Positions 40,818 to 49,566 of a stretch of DNA of 64,000 nt are shown one piece after another. The notes below the pieces were generated by a model, which ran no database searches, was not told the origin of the DNA, and worked only from the letters and a program-made list of their open reading frames with translations. Positions within the stretch are counted from its first letter, which is position 1. Every line of letters begins with the position of its first letter. This DNA is from Oligoflexales bacterium. Its GTDB lineage: Bacteria; Bdellovibrionota_B; Oligoflexia; Oligoflexales; JAPPIL01. A program made the translations under genes and the position numbers. The stretch spans positions 352,001 to 416,000 of the forward strand of contig OZ244057.1 in the NCBI GenBank assembly GCA_965215515.1, written 5' to 3'.

Positions 40818-41453
40818 ATGCGCAGTAGAAATTTTTTATGCGGCGCTGCCGTGCTGGTAACCGCTACCCTGAGTGCTGGACAAGCCACCTGGCAAGAAGT
40901 GGGAGCGCGGTTACGGGTCAAGCAGGGCTTGCAGGTTAATTTCGAGCAGCGTGTCTTGACCATCCGCAACAAAGTCCGTCTCACCACAGGTGAGGTTCTT
41001 TTCCACCCCGACGGGCGGTTTCGTTGGGAAATCACGCACCGCGGCAAGACGGTACGCACATACGTCTACGACCGCAAGACCATCACCGAGTACCTGCCCG
41101 CCGAAAAAACCGCCAATGTCTGGAGTATCAGCAGTGCTAAAACCGATGCCATCGTGCGCATCGTTACCGTGATCAAAGCCCCCCACCAACTGCAACGCGA
41201 CTACCTCGTGCGGGAACAGCAGCGTGACAAACGCAGTATGCAACTGGCACTCACGCCCCGCGTCGCCAGCGATATCGACACCATCACGGTATCGGTCGAC
41301 CTCCCCGCTAACTTCATCAGCAAGGTGCGCATCGACTACCGCAACCAAAGATACAACGAATTCACCTTCCGCAACCCCCGACGGCAGACCATCGCTGCGG
41401 CACGCCTCAAGTTCGTTCCCCCCACTGGAACGAGGGTCAACCGCTTGCAGTGA
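40818..41453 (+). CDS. lolA: Outer-membrane lipoprotein carrier LolA-like protein
   Basis: Signal peptide; VNFEQ..., GEVLF.P.GRFRWE, YVYD.KT, and F.PP.GT.V at the C-terminus. Confidence 0.75.
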   Translation: MRSRNFLCGAAVLVTATLSAGQATWQEVGARLRVKQGLQVNFEQRVLTIRNKVRLTTGEVLFHPDGRFRWEITHRGKTVRTYVYDRKTITEYLPAEKTANVWSISSAKTDAIVRIVTVIKAPHQLQRDYLVREQQRDKRSMQLALTPRVASDIDTITVSVDLPANFISKVRIDYRNQRYNEFTFRNPRRQTIAAARLKFVPPTGTRVNRLQ

Positions 41454-41458
41454 CACTA

Positions 41459-42253
41459 TTATCGCCAGCTGAACTCCAACTGCATGTCGAAGCGGATATA
41501 GCCATCCTCCGCCGCGGCACAACCACCTGGACTGATGGCAAAGCTGGCAGCGCCGAAGTCGGCTTGCTGACCTTTCCCCGCACGGGTGGTAACGCACAGG
41601 AGTCTGCCCTCCAAATGCTCTTTGCGCAAAGTAAACTCTGCCGTTTTTTCCCCAAACCTATAGACCGCACGATTATCTTTGTCCGAATCACAAGCTAATT
41701 TTATGTTATCTCCACCGCTGAGGGCCGCGACGGTCTTCTCACCCGTGCCACACATTCTGCTTCTACCCTCCACCACCCGCGGCAATCCCTTATTAATTGC
41801 GCTTTTGGCCTCAACCTTAAAACCATCCCTGCACCCGCCATCTTCTATTTCACACCTCAGAAAATACTCCTCATTCGTGCTACGGTAGAGACAGCCGTAG
41901 TTGTGGCAGCTGGCGGTAACATTTATGGTATGCAGCTTTCTGTCATCCGTGAGGGGCTCGAGCTCTGTCGTGGAGGGAGCATCAGATTCTTCTAGTGATT
42001 CTTCCGCATCGTTTTCGTTTTGCTCAGCCGTATCGTCGTGCATTCTCCTGGACTGCCCCAGGGATGGCGAAGCACACTCGCTGCGTATGGACGCGTCCTG
42101 CCCCACGCAGTCGCCCGTGGCGGGGAGGGCTTGGCCTCCTACGGGCTGTGGTAGGCGCGGGGCGCGCTTGTCGGGGCGTGGGAGACAGCTACCCAGCACT
42201 GACCAGGCAACGACGACAACGATGAAACCACCTGCTGATTTCGGCACAGCCAC
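41459..42253 (-). CDS. Hypothetical Cys-rich lipoprotein
   Basis: SD GGAGGAGG; lipobox LGSC; acidic linker; about 10 Cys. Confidence 0.7.
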   Translation of the reverse strand: MAVPKSAGGFIVVVVAWSVLGSCLPRPDKRAPRLPQPVGGQALPATGDCVGQDASIRSECASPSLGQSRRMHDDTAEQNENDAEESLEESDAPSTTELEPLTDDRKLHTINVTASCHNYGCLYRSTNEEYFLRCEIEDGGCRDGFKVEAKSAINKGLPRVVEGRSRMCGTGEKTVAALSGGDNIKLACDSDKDNRAVYRFGEKTAEFTLRKEHLEGRLLCVTTRAGKGQQADFGAASFAISPGGCAAAEDGYIRFDMQLEFSWR

Positions 42254-42268
42254 CTCCTCCCTCGCCTG

Positions 42269-42296
42269 TCATCGGAGAATCGGCAGTAAAGCTTTA
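42269..42296 (-). promoter_or_regulatory. sigma28 (FliA)-like promoter
   Basis: Minus strand reads TAAAG-N15-TCCGATGA, directly upstream of the SD. Confidence 0.55.
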
Positions 42297-42390
42297 GTTG
42301 CAGGGAAATTTTGTTTGCCTGTGGTGACGAGTGAAGGCTGTCATAATGTCTGTATCAATAGAGAAAATAAGTACAGGCACTACAGAATGC

Positions 42391-42443
42391 CGTAGATGCC
42401 CCCGTAAAAAGCGGACACCCTATCGGCTTCTAACAATCACGTA
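42391..42443 (+). mobile_element. Solo IS3-like terminal repeat remnant (copy 2)
   Basis: Differs from 60344..60397 by 4 substitutions and 1 indel over about 54 nt. Confidence 0.6.
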
Positions 42444-42537
42444 GACAACGGTATCGGCACGCCTCCGTCCAGCAGATTTTACCGCATTGCCAATCATGGT
42501 GTTTTATGCGATGATAAGGGGTTGGGGGAGGGGTGTC

Positions 42538-43203
42538 GTGATATGTGATTTCAGTTACTACGAGTACAAGTACTTCGTGGCCAACGAGCGGCTCGGTTAT
42601 GTCAATGCGCTGCTCGAGTCATTTGCGGGTGGCAGCGACCCTTTTCCCGCGGGCTGCGTCGACTCGATCTACTACGACACCGCCGACGCTCGCTGCTATC
42701 ACGAATGTTTGAACGGTGAAAGTGTTAAACGCAAGTTTCGCATTCGTGGCTACGGTGATGGAGTCTACCGACAGATGCACCAGAAGGAAAAACTCCTCAC
42801 AGGAGTGGGCAAATTCAAAACTGCCCTACAGCCACTGCGTATCGTCGCTGCACAACCACCGTCATGGGATAGTCTCTGTCCCGCACAGCCTGATGACGCA
42901 TATTTTTACAAAATAAAATCGCTCGGTTTGCAGTATGGCATACTACTGCCCGCAGTGCGCGTCCGCTATCGACGTCAACGCTATCGCCTCTTCGATTTTC
43001 GCCTGACACTCGACACCAACATCGAAGTTTTCGGCTACGACGACAGAATTGTGACCGCCCTCGGTCACGAGGTCTTGCCTTATCACGTGCTAGAGGTTAA
43101 AACCCGTAAGAGAAGACCCAAACTGCCATTTATGGGCTTGGTCAAGCTGCCCCAGATATCTTTTTCCAAGTTTTATCTGGGACTGACAGCATTGCGTTTT
43201 TAG
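42538..43203 (+). CDS. VTC (polyphosphate polymerase/CYTH-fold) domain protein
   Basis: YEYKY, DSIYYDT, KFRIRGY, RLTLDTNI, VLEVK and FSKF motifs. Confidence 0.88.
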   Translation: MICDFSYYEYKYFVANERLGYVNALLESFAGGSDPFPAGCVDSIYYDTADARCYHECLNGESVKRKFRIRGYGDGVYRQMHQKEKLLTGVGKFKTALQPLRIVAAQPPSWDSLCPAQPDDAYFYKIKSLGLQYGILLPAVRVRYRRQRYRLFDFRLTLDTNIEVFGYDDRIVTALGHEVLPYHVLEVKTRKRRPKLPFMGLVKLPQISFSKFYLGLTALRF

Positions 43204-43216
43204 AGGAGATCGGCAC

Positions 43217-43918
43217 ATGGAAGGCTTGTTCGACATGTTTAACAAACAAGAGCTGTGGGAGCCCATGGCCGATAACCTCGATCTCGTTTCGTATCTCTAC
43301 ACACTGCTGATTTCGCTAACTTTCGGTGCGATCCTGTCGGTCGTCTACCACCTCTATTTTCAAGACAACGAGCCACAGGATGCCAGTTTGTCCCGCAGCC
43401 TGGTGTTGCTTACCCCATCCTTGACCACAATTTTTTGGATCATTCAGTTCAGTATTCCCATGTCATTGGGGCTACTGGGCACGCTGTCGTTCGTGCGTTT
43501 TCGCACCCCCGTCAAGCGCTCCGAAGATGTGGCTTTTATCGTTATTGCCTTGACGGTGGCCATCTCCTGTGCGATCGCCAAATATCTCGTCGGAGGTATT
43601 TTTATCGTATTGCTGGTAAGTTACGCCATCGTGCGCAACTCTTTTTTTATGCGCGGCATGTTCCGAAAACGCTTTGCTGTTCTCACCCTCAACACTACCA
43701 AGCAGTTGCCACTACACGCGTTGCAGGATGAGGTTAACGGCATCTGTCGGCAGAGTGATTTTGTCAGCGCCCGCAGCTACGATGGTATCACCTCTTTCGT
43801 TTTCAACATTCCACACTTCAGTGAACGCATGCACGAACAGCTGGTAGCAGCCCTATCGCAGCGTGATCAACAGGCACGACTAAATGTCTTTTTCCCCAAC
43901 GAACGCCTCGGCACCTGA
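43217..43918 (+). CDS. DUF4956 membrane protein
   Basis: SLGLLGTLSFVRFRTPVK motif; 4-5 TM segments; directly after the VTC gene. Confidence 0.88.
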   Translation: MEGLFDMFNKQELWEPMADNLDLVSYLYTLLISLTFGAILSVVYHLYFQDNEPQDASLSRSLVLLTPSLTTIFWIIQFSIPMSLGLLGTLSFVRFRTPVKRSEDVAFIVIALTVAISCAIAKYLVGGIFIVLLVSYAIVRNSFFMRGMFRKRFAVLTLNTTKQLPLHALQDEVNGICRQSDFVSARSYDGITSFVFNIPHFSERMHEQLVAALSQRDQQARLNVFFPNERLGT

Positions 43919-43928
43919 AGACGAACGC

Positions 43929-44990
43929 ATGACACGCCGACGGACGCGCCTACTACTGCGCGCAGTGGTAGTAGTCGCGGGCTTGGCACTCATCTGCGTA
44001 CTGGTATTGCTGCGCGGTGGCAGTACTCTCAGGCAAGATAACCGCGGGAAGTTGCGTATTTTGCGAACCTTTAGCGTACCGCTGCGCGAAATTTCAGGCT
44101 TGGGCAAGTCTGGTACGCACATCTTTGCCGTCGGTGACGGTGAGCCACTGTTAGGAGTACTGCAATTCACAGGTGACGAACTCAAACTGCTGCGAACGAT
44201 CAACTTCACCACCCCGTTGTGGCGCAATTATTTTCTCTGCCCCCGTCCGCACAACAGCATCTGTCGCTCGCTAGCAGGTATCATCGACAAGCAGTGGGAA
44301 GGCCTCTATTACGAAGCTGCCACGGATACGCTGCACGTCCTCCAAGAGAGCACAGGCTCTATCTTCGTTTTCAATCGCACGATGGATCGTATCCTATCAC
44401 GCACAATGCTCGATTTTTTCCCCGACCGTTACGAAAAATCAGCCCGCACCAACAACTCGCTCGGCGAAGGGTTTGTGCCGCTAGCCGATGGCAGAATACT
44501 GGTAGCCAAAGAAAAATTCCCCGCGGCCGTCATCGAGTTCGGCGCACAAGACAACGCACCACAGGGCTACGATCCACATCGCCCCCCGCATCCCGAAACC
44601 TACACCGAGACAGTACGCACACTCTACCCACGACACTACTGGCACTTGCCCAAGAGTGCGAACGAACACTGCGATCTGAGCGACGTAGTCCTGGACGATG
44701 ACGGTGCGCTATTCGGCATCAGCCAAGTTTGCCGCCGCATCTACCGCTTCGCCGCCCTCAACCCCCGCACAGAACAACTACAGGTCACGCAGAGCTGGCA
44801 AATCAACAGCACCATCAAAGCTCCTGAAGCACTGCTCGTCATCTCCCCCCACATCTTCCTAGTCGCTTCGGATGTGAAAAACTTACACCACAACCTCTGG
44901 TTACTCGCCACCCCCGCTTACCGAGCGAGCGCAACCGTGGCACAAGACAACGACAAGAGGCAGCGACGACATTCGCCCCGCACCAACTAA
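43929..44990 (+). CDS. Membrane-anchored beta-propeller (SdiA-regulated/YjiK or phytase-like)
   Basis: N-terminal TM; repeated blades REISGL, QWEGL, LGEGF, DLSDV and APEAL. Confidence 0.65.
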   Translation: MTRRRTRLLLRAVVVVAGLALICVLVLLRGGSTLRQDNRGKLRILRTFSVPLREISGLGKSGTHIFAVGDGEPLLGVLQFTGDELKLLRTINFTTPLWRNYFLCPRPHNSICRSLAGIIDKQWEGLYYEAATDTLHVLQESTGSIFVFNRTMDRILSRTMLDFFPDRYEKSARTNNSLGEGFVPLADGRILVAKEKFPAAVIEFGAQDNAPQGYDPHRPPHPETYTETVRTLYPRHYWHLPKSANEHCDLSDVVLDDDGALFGISQVCRRIYRFAALNPRTEQLQVTQSWQINSTIKAPEALLVISPHIFLVASDVKNLHHNLWLLATPAYRASATVAQDNDKRQRRHSPRTN

Positions 44991-45001
44991 AAGCTTAATT
45001 C

Positions 45002-45385
45002 CTAAGGTGATGTCGATTTCCTGCCACGTTCTCTCTGACGATCCCACGCTGGTCTCCCCGAGTCGGGGGAATCGGGCGATGTCGATCTACCTTTGCCGCG
45101 ACTAGGGCGATACCGCCAGGAGCGCACCTGGTCAGGGGAAGATGACGATTCGTCGCTTCTCGATATTCGGTCGGGCATCCCATCGTTACTCACCAAAACG
45201 AAAGATAGCACTGCAGGTGAAGACACGCCGACCGACAGCAGTTGTGACAGCAAGATGCTCTTCTGCATCTGCTGTGCGAGCAAAACACGGCTAGCAACTC
45301 TCGCCTTGAGTTGCCGCAAGCCACGCCCCTGCGCACCTTCGCTCGACAACAGAACCACGACTGACATCAACACCATTTTCAGCAT
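45002..45385 (-). CDS. Secreted protein with Ser/Arg/Pro-rich low-complexity tail
   Basis: SD GAAGGGG; signal peptide; tail RSDESSSSPDQVRSWRYRPSRGKGRSTSPDSP...RKSTSP. Confidence 0.6.
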   Translation of the reverse strand: MLKMVLMSVVVLLSSEGAQGRGLRQLKARVASRVLLAQQMQKSILLSQLLSVGVSSPAVLSFVLVSNDGMPDRISRSDESSSSPDQVRSWRYRPSRGKGRSTSPDSPDSGRPAWDRQRERGRKSTSP

Positions 45386-45540
45386 AAAACACCCCTTCGA
45401 TTGGACAAAAATGCGAAAACACTGACCCGTATAATGCAGCAAGTGGCTTGGTCAATACTTTTTTTGTTTTTTTATTTTTTACTGAATGAGAAGGACAATG
45501 GGTGAGGGTTGTCTTGTCGATTATGCTGTGATACGCCCGT

Positions 45541-46410
45541 GTGGTCGCCTCACCGCACGCCTGGTTTGTTTTGTTAACTGCTCTGCCTCCTACTAAACCT
45601 GTCGTCATTGCTGGCCCCTGTCTTGCCGAGTCTTACGAACTGCTGCAGCGAGTGGCACGACCCTTGCTGGCCTTGCAGCGGCGGCATGATTTTACCCTTA
45701 TTTTCAAAGCCAGCTTTGACAAGGCCAACCGTTCCTCCGCGAGCAGTGTGAGAGGGCCTGGGTTGGCAAAATTTCTGTCTTGGGTGGTGGCTTTGAAAGA
45801 AAAATTTTCTCTGCCCATCATCACCGATGTGCACGAGACAAGGCAGATTGCAGCAGTGGCAGAGGTGTGTGATGCGTTGCAAATTCCTGCTTTCCTCTGT
45901 CGGCAGACCGATTTAGTTATGCAGGCACTGACCAGCGGACGTTTGGTCAACATCAAAAAAGGACAGTTTATGTCACCCTGGGCGATGCGATTGTTGGTGA
46001 ACTCTATCGATCGACAAGCAAAACCGTCTAACTGCATGCTTACAGAACGTGGCAGTAGTTTCGGTTATGGGCGCTTGGTGGTAGATATGGGGGGGTTGCG
46101 GGTCATGGCAGACAGTGGTCTACCGCTCATCTACGATATTACACACAGCGTGCAATGTCCTCCCGCCGTGGCGGGCGAGACTACATCACGCGGCGAGCGC
46201 CATCTCGCCCCCACCCTAGCGCGGGCGGCCGCGGCCAGTGGCTATGTCAGTGGGTTTTTCCTAGAAGTGCACACCGACCCCGCACGTGCCCACAGCGACG
46301 CAGCCTTACAGCTTTCTCTCCCGCAAGCTACGCAACTTGTCCCCCAACTCCTACAACTGCTGCGTGTGGCTCGTCCCATGACTGCCATCGACCAGCAGTT
46401 TCATGTCTAA
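45541..46410 (+). CDS. kdsA: KDO-8-phosphate synthase
   Basis: IAGPC, FKASFDKANRSS, QIPAFLCRQTDL, NIKKGQF and DITHSVQ. Confidence 0.96.
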   Translation: MVASPHAWFVLLTALPPTKPVVIAGPCLAESYELLQRVARPLLALQRRHDFTLIFKASFDKANRSSASSVRGPGLAKFLSWVVALKEKFSLPIITDVHETRQIAAVAEVCDALQIPAFLCRQTDLVMQALTSGRLVNIKKGQFMSPWAMRLLVNSIDRQAKPSNCMLTERGSSFGYGRLVVDMGGLRVMADSGLPLIYDITHSVQCPPAVAGETTSRGERHLAPTLARAAAASGYVSGFFLEVHTDPARAHSDAALQLSLPQATQLVPQLLQLLRVARPMTAIDQQFHV

Positions 46411-47052
46411 TGCCGCACTGGGCGTGCTTCTCGCAAAAAAATTTTTGATAGCCATCAGTTTGGCTAGGGCACGTTGCACGCTGGGGTCGCAGAAGGTACA
46501 GGCTTCCTCCCAGCTGAACCAACGTAGGTCGTGTGACTCCGCACTGCGCGCCAGCGGTGCGGTGCGGGGAGCAGAGATGATGTAGCTGATATCGTAGTGA
46601 AGATGGTCGCTATCGCCGCCCAGAGCGGGGATACGATGAATGTCGATATCGAAAGGAATTACAGCAGGCAAGTCGGGCATCTGCCTGAACAGCGGACGTA
46701 CATCGAAAAAACGCAAGTCAGTCAAGCCCGATTCTTCGCACGCTTCTCGATAAGCGATATCTCGCACATCGCGCTGCCCTTCATCGGCATGTCCGCCGAG
46801 TTGTAGCCAGAGATTGAGTTTGGCATGCAGAGTCAACAGCACTCGCCGCATGGAGGAATCGATAACGAAAGCAGAGGCAGTGATGTGGCCAGGCCGCGTC
46901 GGGCGCGCCAACGGATCGACTGCAAGTGTCAACAGGGTTCGAAAACGTCGTAAACAGGCACGCTGAGCGCTAAGATGGGGGTCGTCGTAGAAAGGCTGGT
47001 CGAGCCAACTCTGCTCGTAAAGAGCGAGAGCTTGCTGAAGATGGGTGGTCAC
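46351..47052 (-). CDS. NUDIX hydrolase
   Basis: GHITASA, WLQLGGHAD...A.REACEESGL and HLHYD. Confidence 0.9.
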   Translation of the reverse strand: MTTHLQQALALYEQSWLDQPFYDDPHLSAQRACLRRFRTLLTLAVDPLARPTRPGHITASAFVIDSSMRRVLLTLHAKLNLWLQLGGHADEGQRDVRDIAYREACEESGLTDLRFFDVRPLFRQMPDLPAVIPFDIDIHRIPALGGDSDHLHYDISYIISAPRTAPLARSAESHDLRWFSWEEACTFCDPSVQRALAKLMAIKNFFARSTPSAALDMKLLVDGSHGTSHTQQL

Positions 47053-48866
47053 GTGTTTTTTTGCCCCAGGATAGCGCGCACCTCTGTGTAAACAAACTCT
47101 GCCGTCAGAGGCAAACCATCGTAGCTGCGTAGCGAAGTGAGCCTGTTCTTAGTCAAAGGGGTTTCCGCGATCAACAAAGTGTGCAGTTGCGCGTCACGGT
47201 TTTGTTCGACAACGATGTTGAGCCTGTGCTTGGCGAGGAAGGTGACCACTTGCGGTTGAAAGGGGAAAGCTTTGATCCGCAGGTAGTTGATGGCGATGCT
47301 CTGTTCTTCCAGCATCGCGCGGGCCTCGCTGATGGCCTCGTGGCAACTGCCGAGAGTGACAAGGGCGATGTCGAGATCGTCTTCATAAACGATCAACGGC
47401 AGCGGAAGGTACTCTTCTGCAGTCTTGTGTTTGCGTTGCAGACGATCGAGTACCTCCTGATATTCGGCCCCGTTTTCAGTATAAGCTCCGAATTTATTAT
47501 GCCCCGACCCTCTGGTGAAAAACGCCCCCGCGGGGTCAGTGCCAGGCAGGGTACGGTAGCAAATACCGTCTTGATCACGATCGTGGTAGCGCAAAAAAGT
47601 TTCACCAGCAGAGAATTTTTGTAAAATCTTGCCTCGTTCTGGTCGGTAGCTATCGTTCCAAGTCAGACGTGGGCACAGCCAGTCGTTCATGCCGATATCG
47701 AGATCCATCATCACAAACACAGGGGTTTGCAGCAAATCAGCCAGATCGAAGGCAGCGATGGTAAGGTGAAAGCTTTCCTCAGGGTCGGCGGGGAAAACGA
47801 GCACGTGCTTGGTATCGCCGTGCGAGGCATAAGCGCAGGTGAGCAAGTCACTCTGCTGTGTGCGGGTGGGCATGCCTGTCGAAGGGCCGACACGTTGCAC
47901 GTTGAAGATAACCGCGGGCAGCTCGGCATAGTAGGCAAAACCGATTAACTCTGCCATCAGCGAGATGCCAGGCCCGCTGGTGGCGGTGAAGGCACGTGCT
48001 CCGTTCCAAGTCGCACCGAGTACCATGCCTAGTGCCGCCATCTCGTCTTCAGCTTGCAAGATGCAGTAGTTGTTGCCAGCGGTGTCGCGACGGAATTTAC
48101 GGCAAAAGTTTTGAAATGCGTCGAGCAATGCCGTCGAAGGGGTAATCGGATACCACGCGGCGACCGTTGCTCCCGCATAGACGCTGGCAAGCGCGGCACT
48201 GGAGTTGCCATCGATCAGGATATGCTCGGATGTCGCATGCGTGCCTACTAGCTGGATAGGGAGGGGACAGGAAAAATTTTTCTGGGCGTAATCGTATCCT
48301 AACTCGACAGCTTTGAAGTTGGAGGCAAGCAGTTTTTGTTTTTTTTGAAATTTTTCGCTGAGCAGGGTTTTGATGATCTCCATATCGATCGCGCACAGGG
48401 CAGCGGCGACTCCCACGTAGCAGATATTTTTCATCAGGGTGCGTTCACGCGTTTGCTTGAAGTGGCTGTTGGTTATTGCGGCGAAGGGGACAGCGAGTAG
48501 GTTGAGGTCGGCACGTTTTACCTTTGTCTGGGTCGGTGGCCAGGTCGCGTCGTAAAGTAGATAACCGTCTTCTCGCACATCCCGCACATCTTGTTGGTAG
48601 GTCTGAGCGTTCATGGCGATGACGAGATCGAAGCTTGTCTTACGCCCCAGATATCCGCCGCGGTTGACTCTTATTTCGTACCAGGTAGGCAAACCTTGAA
48701 TGTTGGAGGGGAAGATATTTTTACCCGCGATGGGCACTCCCATGCGGAAAATCGCCTGCACCAGCAGGCTGTTAGCACTGGCCGAACCCGTGCCGTTGGG
48801 CGTAGCAATCTTGATGGCAAAATCGTTGATGCTGATGTCGGGCATGTGCAACACGCTCCCCGTCAC
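47049..48866 (-). CDS. 2-oxoacid:acceptor oxidoreductase alpha subunit (gamma-alpha fusion)
   Basis: NGTGSASAN, FPSNIQGLPTW, YPITP, AEDE, TSGPG and GPSTGMPT. Confidence 0.95.
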   Translation of the reverse strand: MTGSVLHMPDISINDFAIKIATPNGTGSASANSLLVQAIFRMGVPIAGKNIFPSNIQGLPTWYEIRVNRGGYLGRKTSFDLVIAMNAQTYQQDVRDVREDGYLLYDATWPPTQTKVKRADLNLLAVPFAAITNSHFKQTRERTLMKNICYVGVAAALCAIDMEIIKTLLSEKFQKKQKLLASNFKAVELGYDYAQKNFSCPLPIQLVGTHATSEHILIDGNSSAALASVYAGATVAAWYPITPSTALLDAFQNFCRKFRRDTAGNNYCILQAEDEMAALGMVLGATWNGARAFTATSGPGISLMAELIGFAYYAELPAVIFNVQRVGPSTGMPTRTQQSDLLTCAYASHGDTKHVLVFPADPEESFHLTIAAFDLADLLQTPVFVMMDLDIGMNDWLCPRLTWNDSYRPERGKILQKFSAGETFLRYHDRDQDGICYRTLPGTDPAGAFFTRGSGHNKFGAYTENGAEYQEVLDRLQRKHKTAEEYLPLPLIVYEDDLDIALVTLGSCHEAISEARAMLEEQSIAINYLRIKAFPFQPQVVTFLAKHRLNIVVEQNRDAQLHTLLIAETPLTKNRLTSLRSYDGLPLTAEFVYTEVRAILGQKNT

Positions 48867-48908
48867 CCTCGTCTATCTGCGCACAGCGTTTATTTCAAGA
48901 AATTTTGT

Positions 48909-49478
48909 TCAGCTGACGAAGATGTGCTGGCGGTAGAAGCGCAGCTCCGCGATGCTTTCTTCGATGTCGGTAGTGGCACGATGGGAGTGTTGTTTCTGTT
49001 TTTCGTGCTTATGGTCGGGATACCACAGGGCGTTGAGTTGCTTGATACTGCTAACATCTATCATACGGTAGTAGCAAAGCTTGTCCAGTACGGGCATGTG
49101 CCTGATGATAAAACGGCGGTCTTGCCAGATGGAGTTACCCGCGAGGATCAGTCTGTTGTCCAGACAGTGCTGTTTGAGGAAGGCAACGGTGCTAGTTTCG
49201 GCTTCGTGCAGCGTGGTAGTGGAGGCAAGTACTGCCTCCCACAAGCCTGATTTACGGTGTTGTCTGCGATTCCAACTGTCCATAGCAGTGAGGGTAGCGA
49301 GGGGGTGGTGGATAACGACGTGCGGGCCGCGTGCGGTGATGTGGAGATCGCTGTCGGTCAAAAGCAATGCTGTTTCGAGAATCTGATCGTGGTCGGGGTC
49401 GAGGCCTGTCATCTCCAAATCAAGCCAGACGAGTTGATCTGTTGTCGGAGTTTGCTTGCTTTTTTCGCTGTCGCTCAT
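48909..49478 (-). CDS. orn: Oligoribonuclease
   Basis: LVWLDLEMTGL, GNSIWQDRRFI, YRMIDVSSIK and HRA..DI.ESIAEL. Confidence 0.96.
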   Translation of the reverse strand: MSDSEKSKQTPTTDQLVWLDLEMTGLDPDHDQILETALLLTDSDLHITARGPHVVIHHPLATLTAMDSWNRRQHRKSGLWEAVLASTTTLHEAETSTVAFLKQHCLDNRLILAGNSIWQDRRFIIRHMPVLDKLCYYRMIDVSSIKQLNALWYPDHKHEKQKQHSHRATTDIEESIAELRFYRQHIFVS

Positions 49479-49566
49479 GTGCGCCTCGGCGTACAATTTT
49501 GGAGATGGAACTTTTGGCAGTTTTATTCTACCATAGGAGGGGTGCGTGGTTAACAAAATTGGAGCA

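Noticed and set aside
46351..46410. 60-bp convergent overlap of kdsA and the NUDIX gene
   Set aside because: Most simply a stop-codon loss extending the NUDIX tail, which is common in compact genomes.
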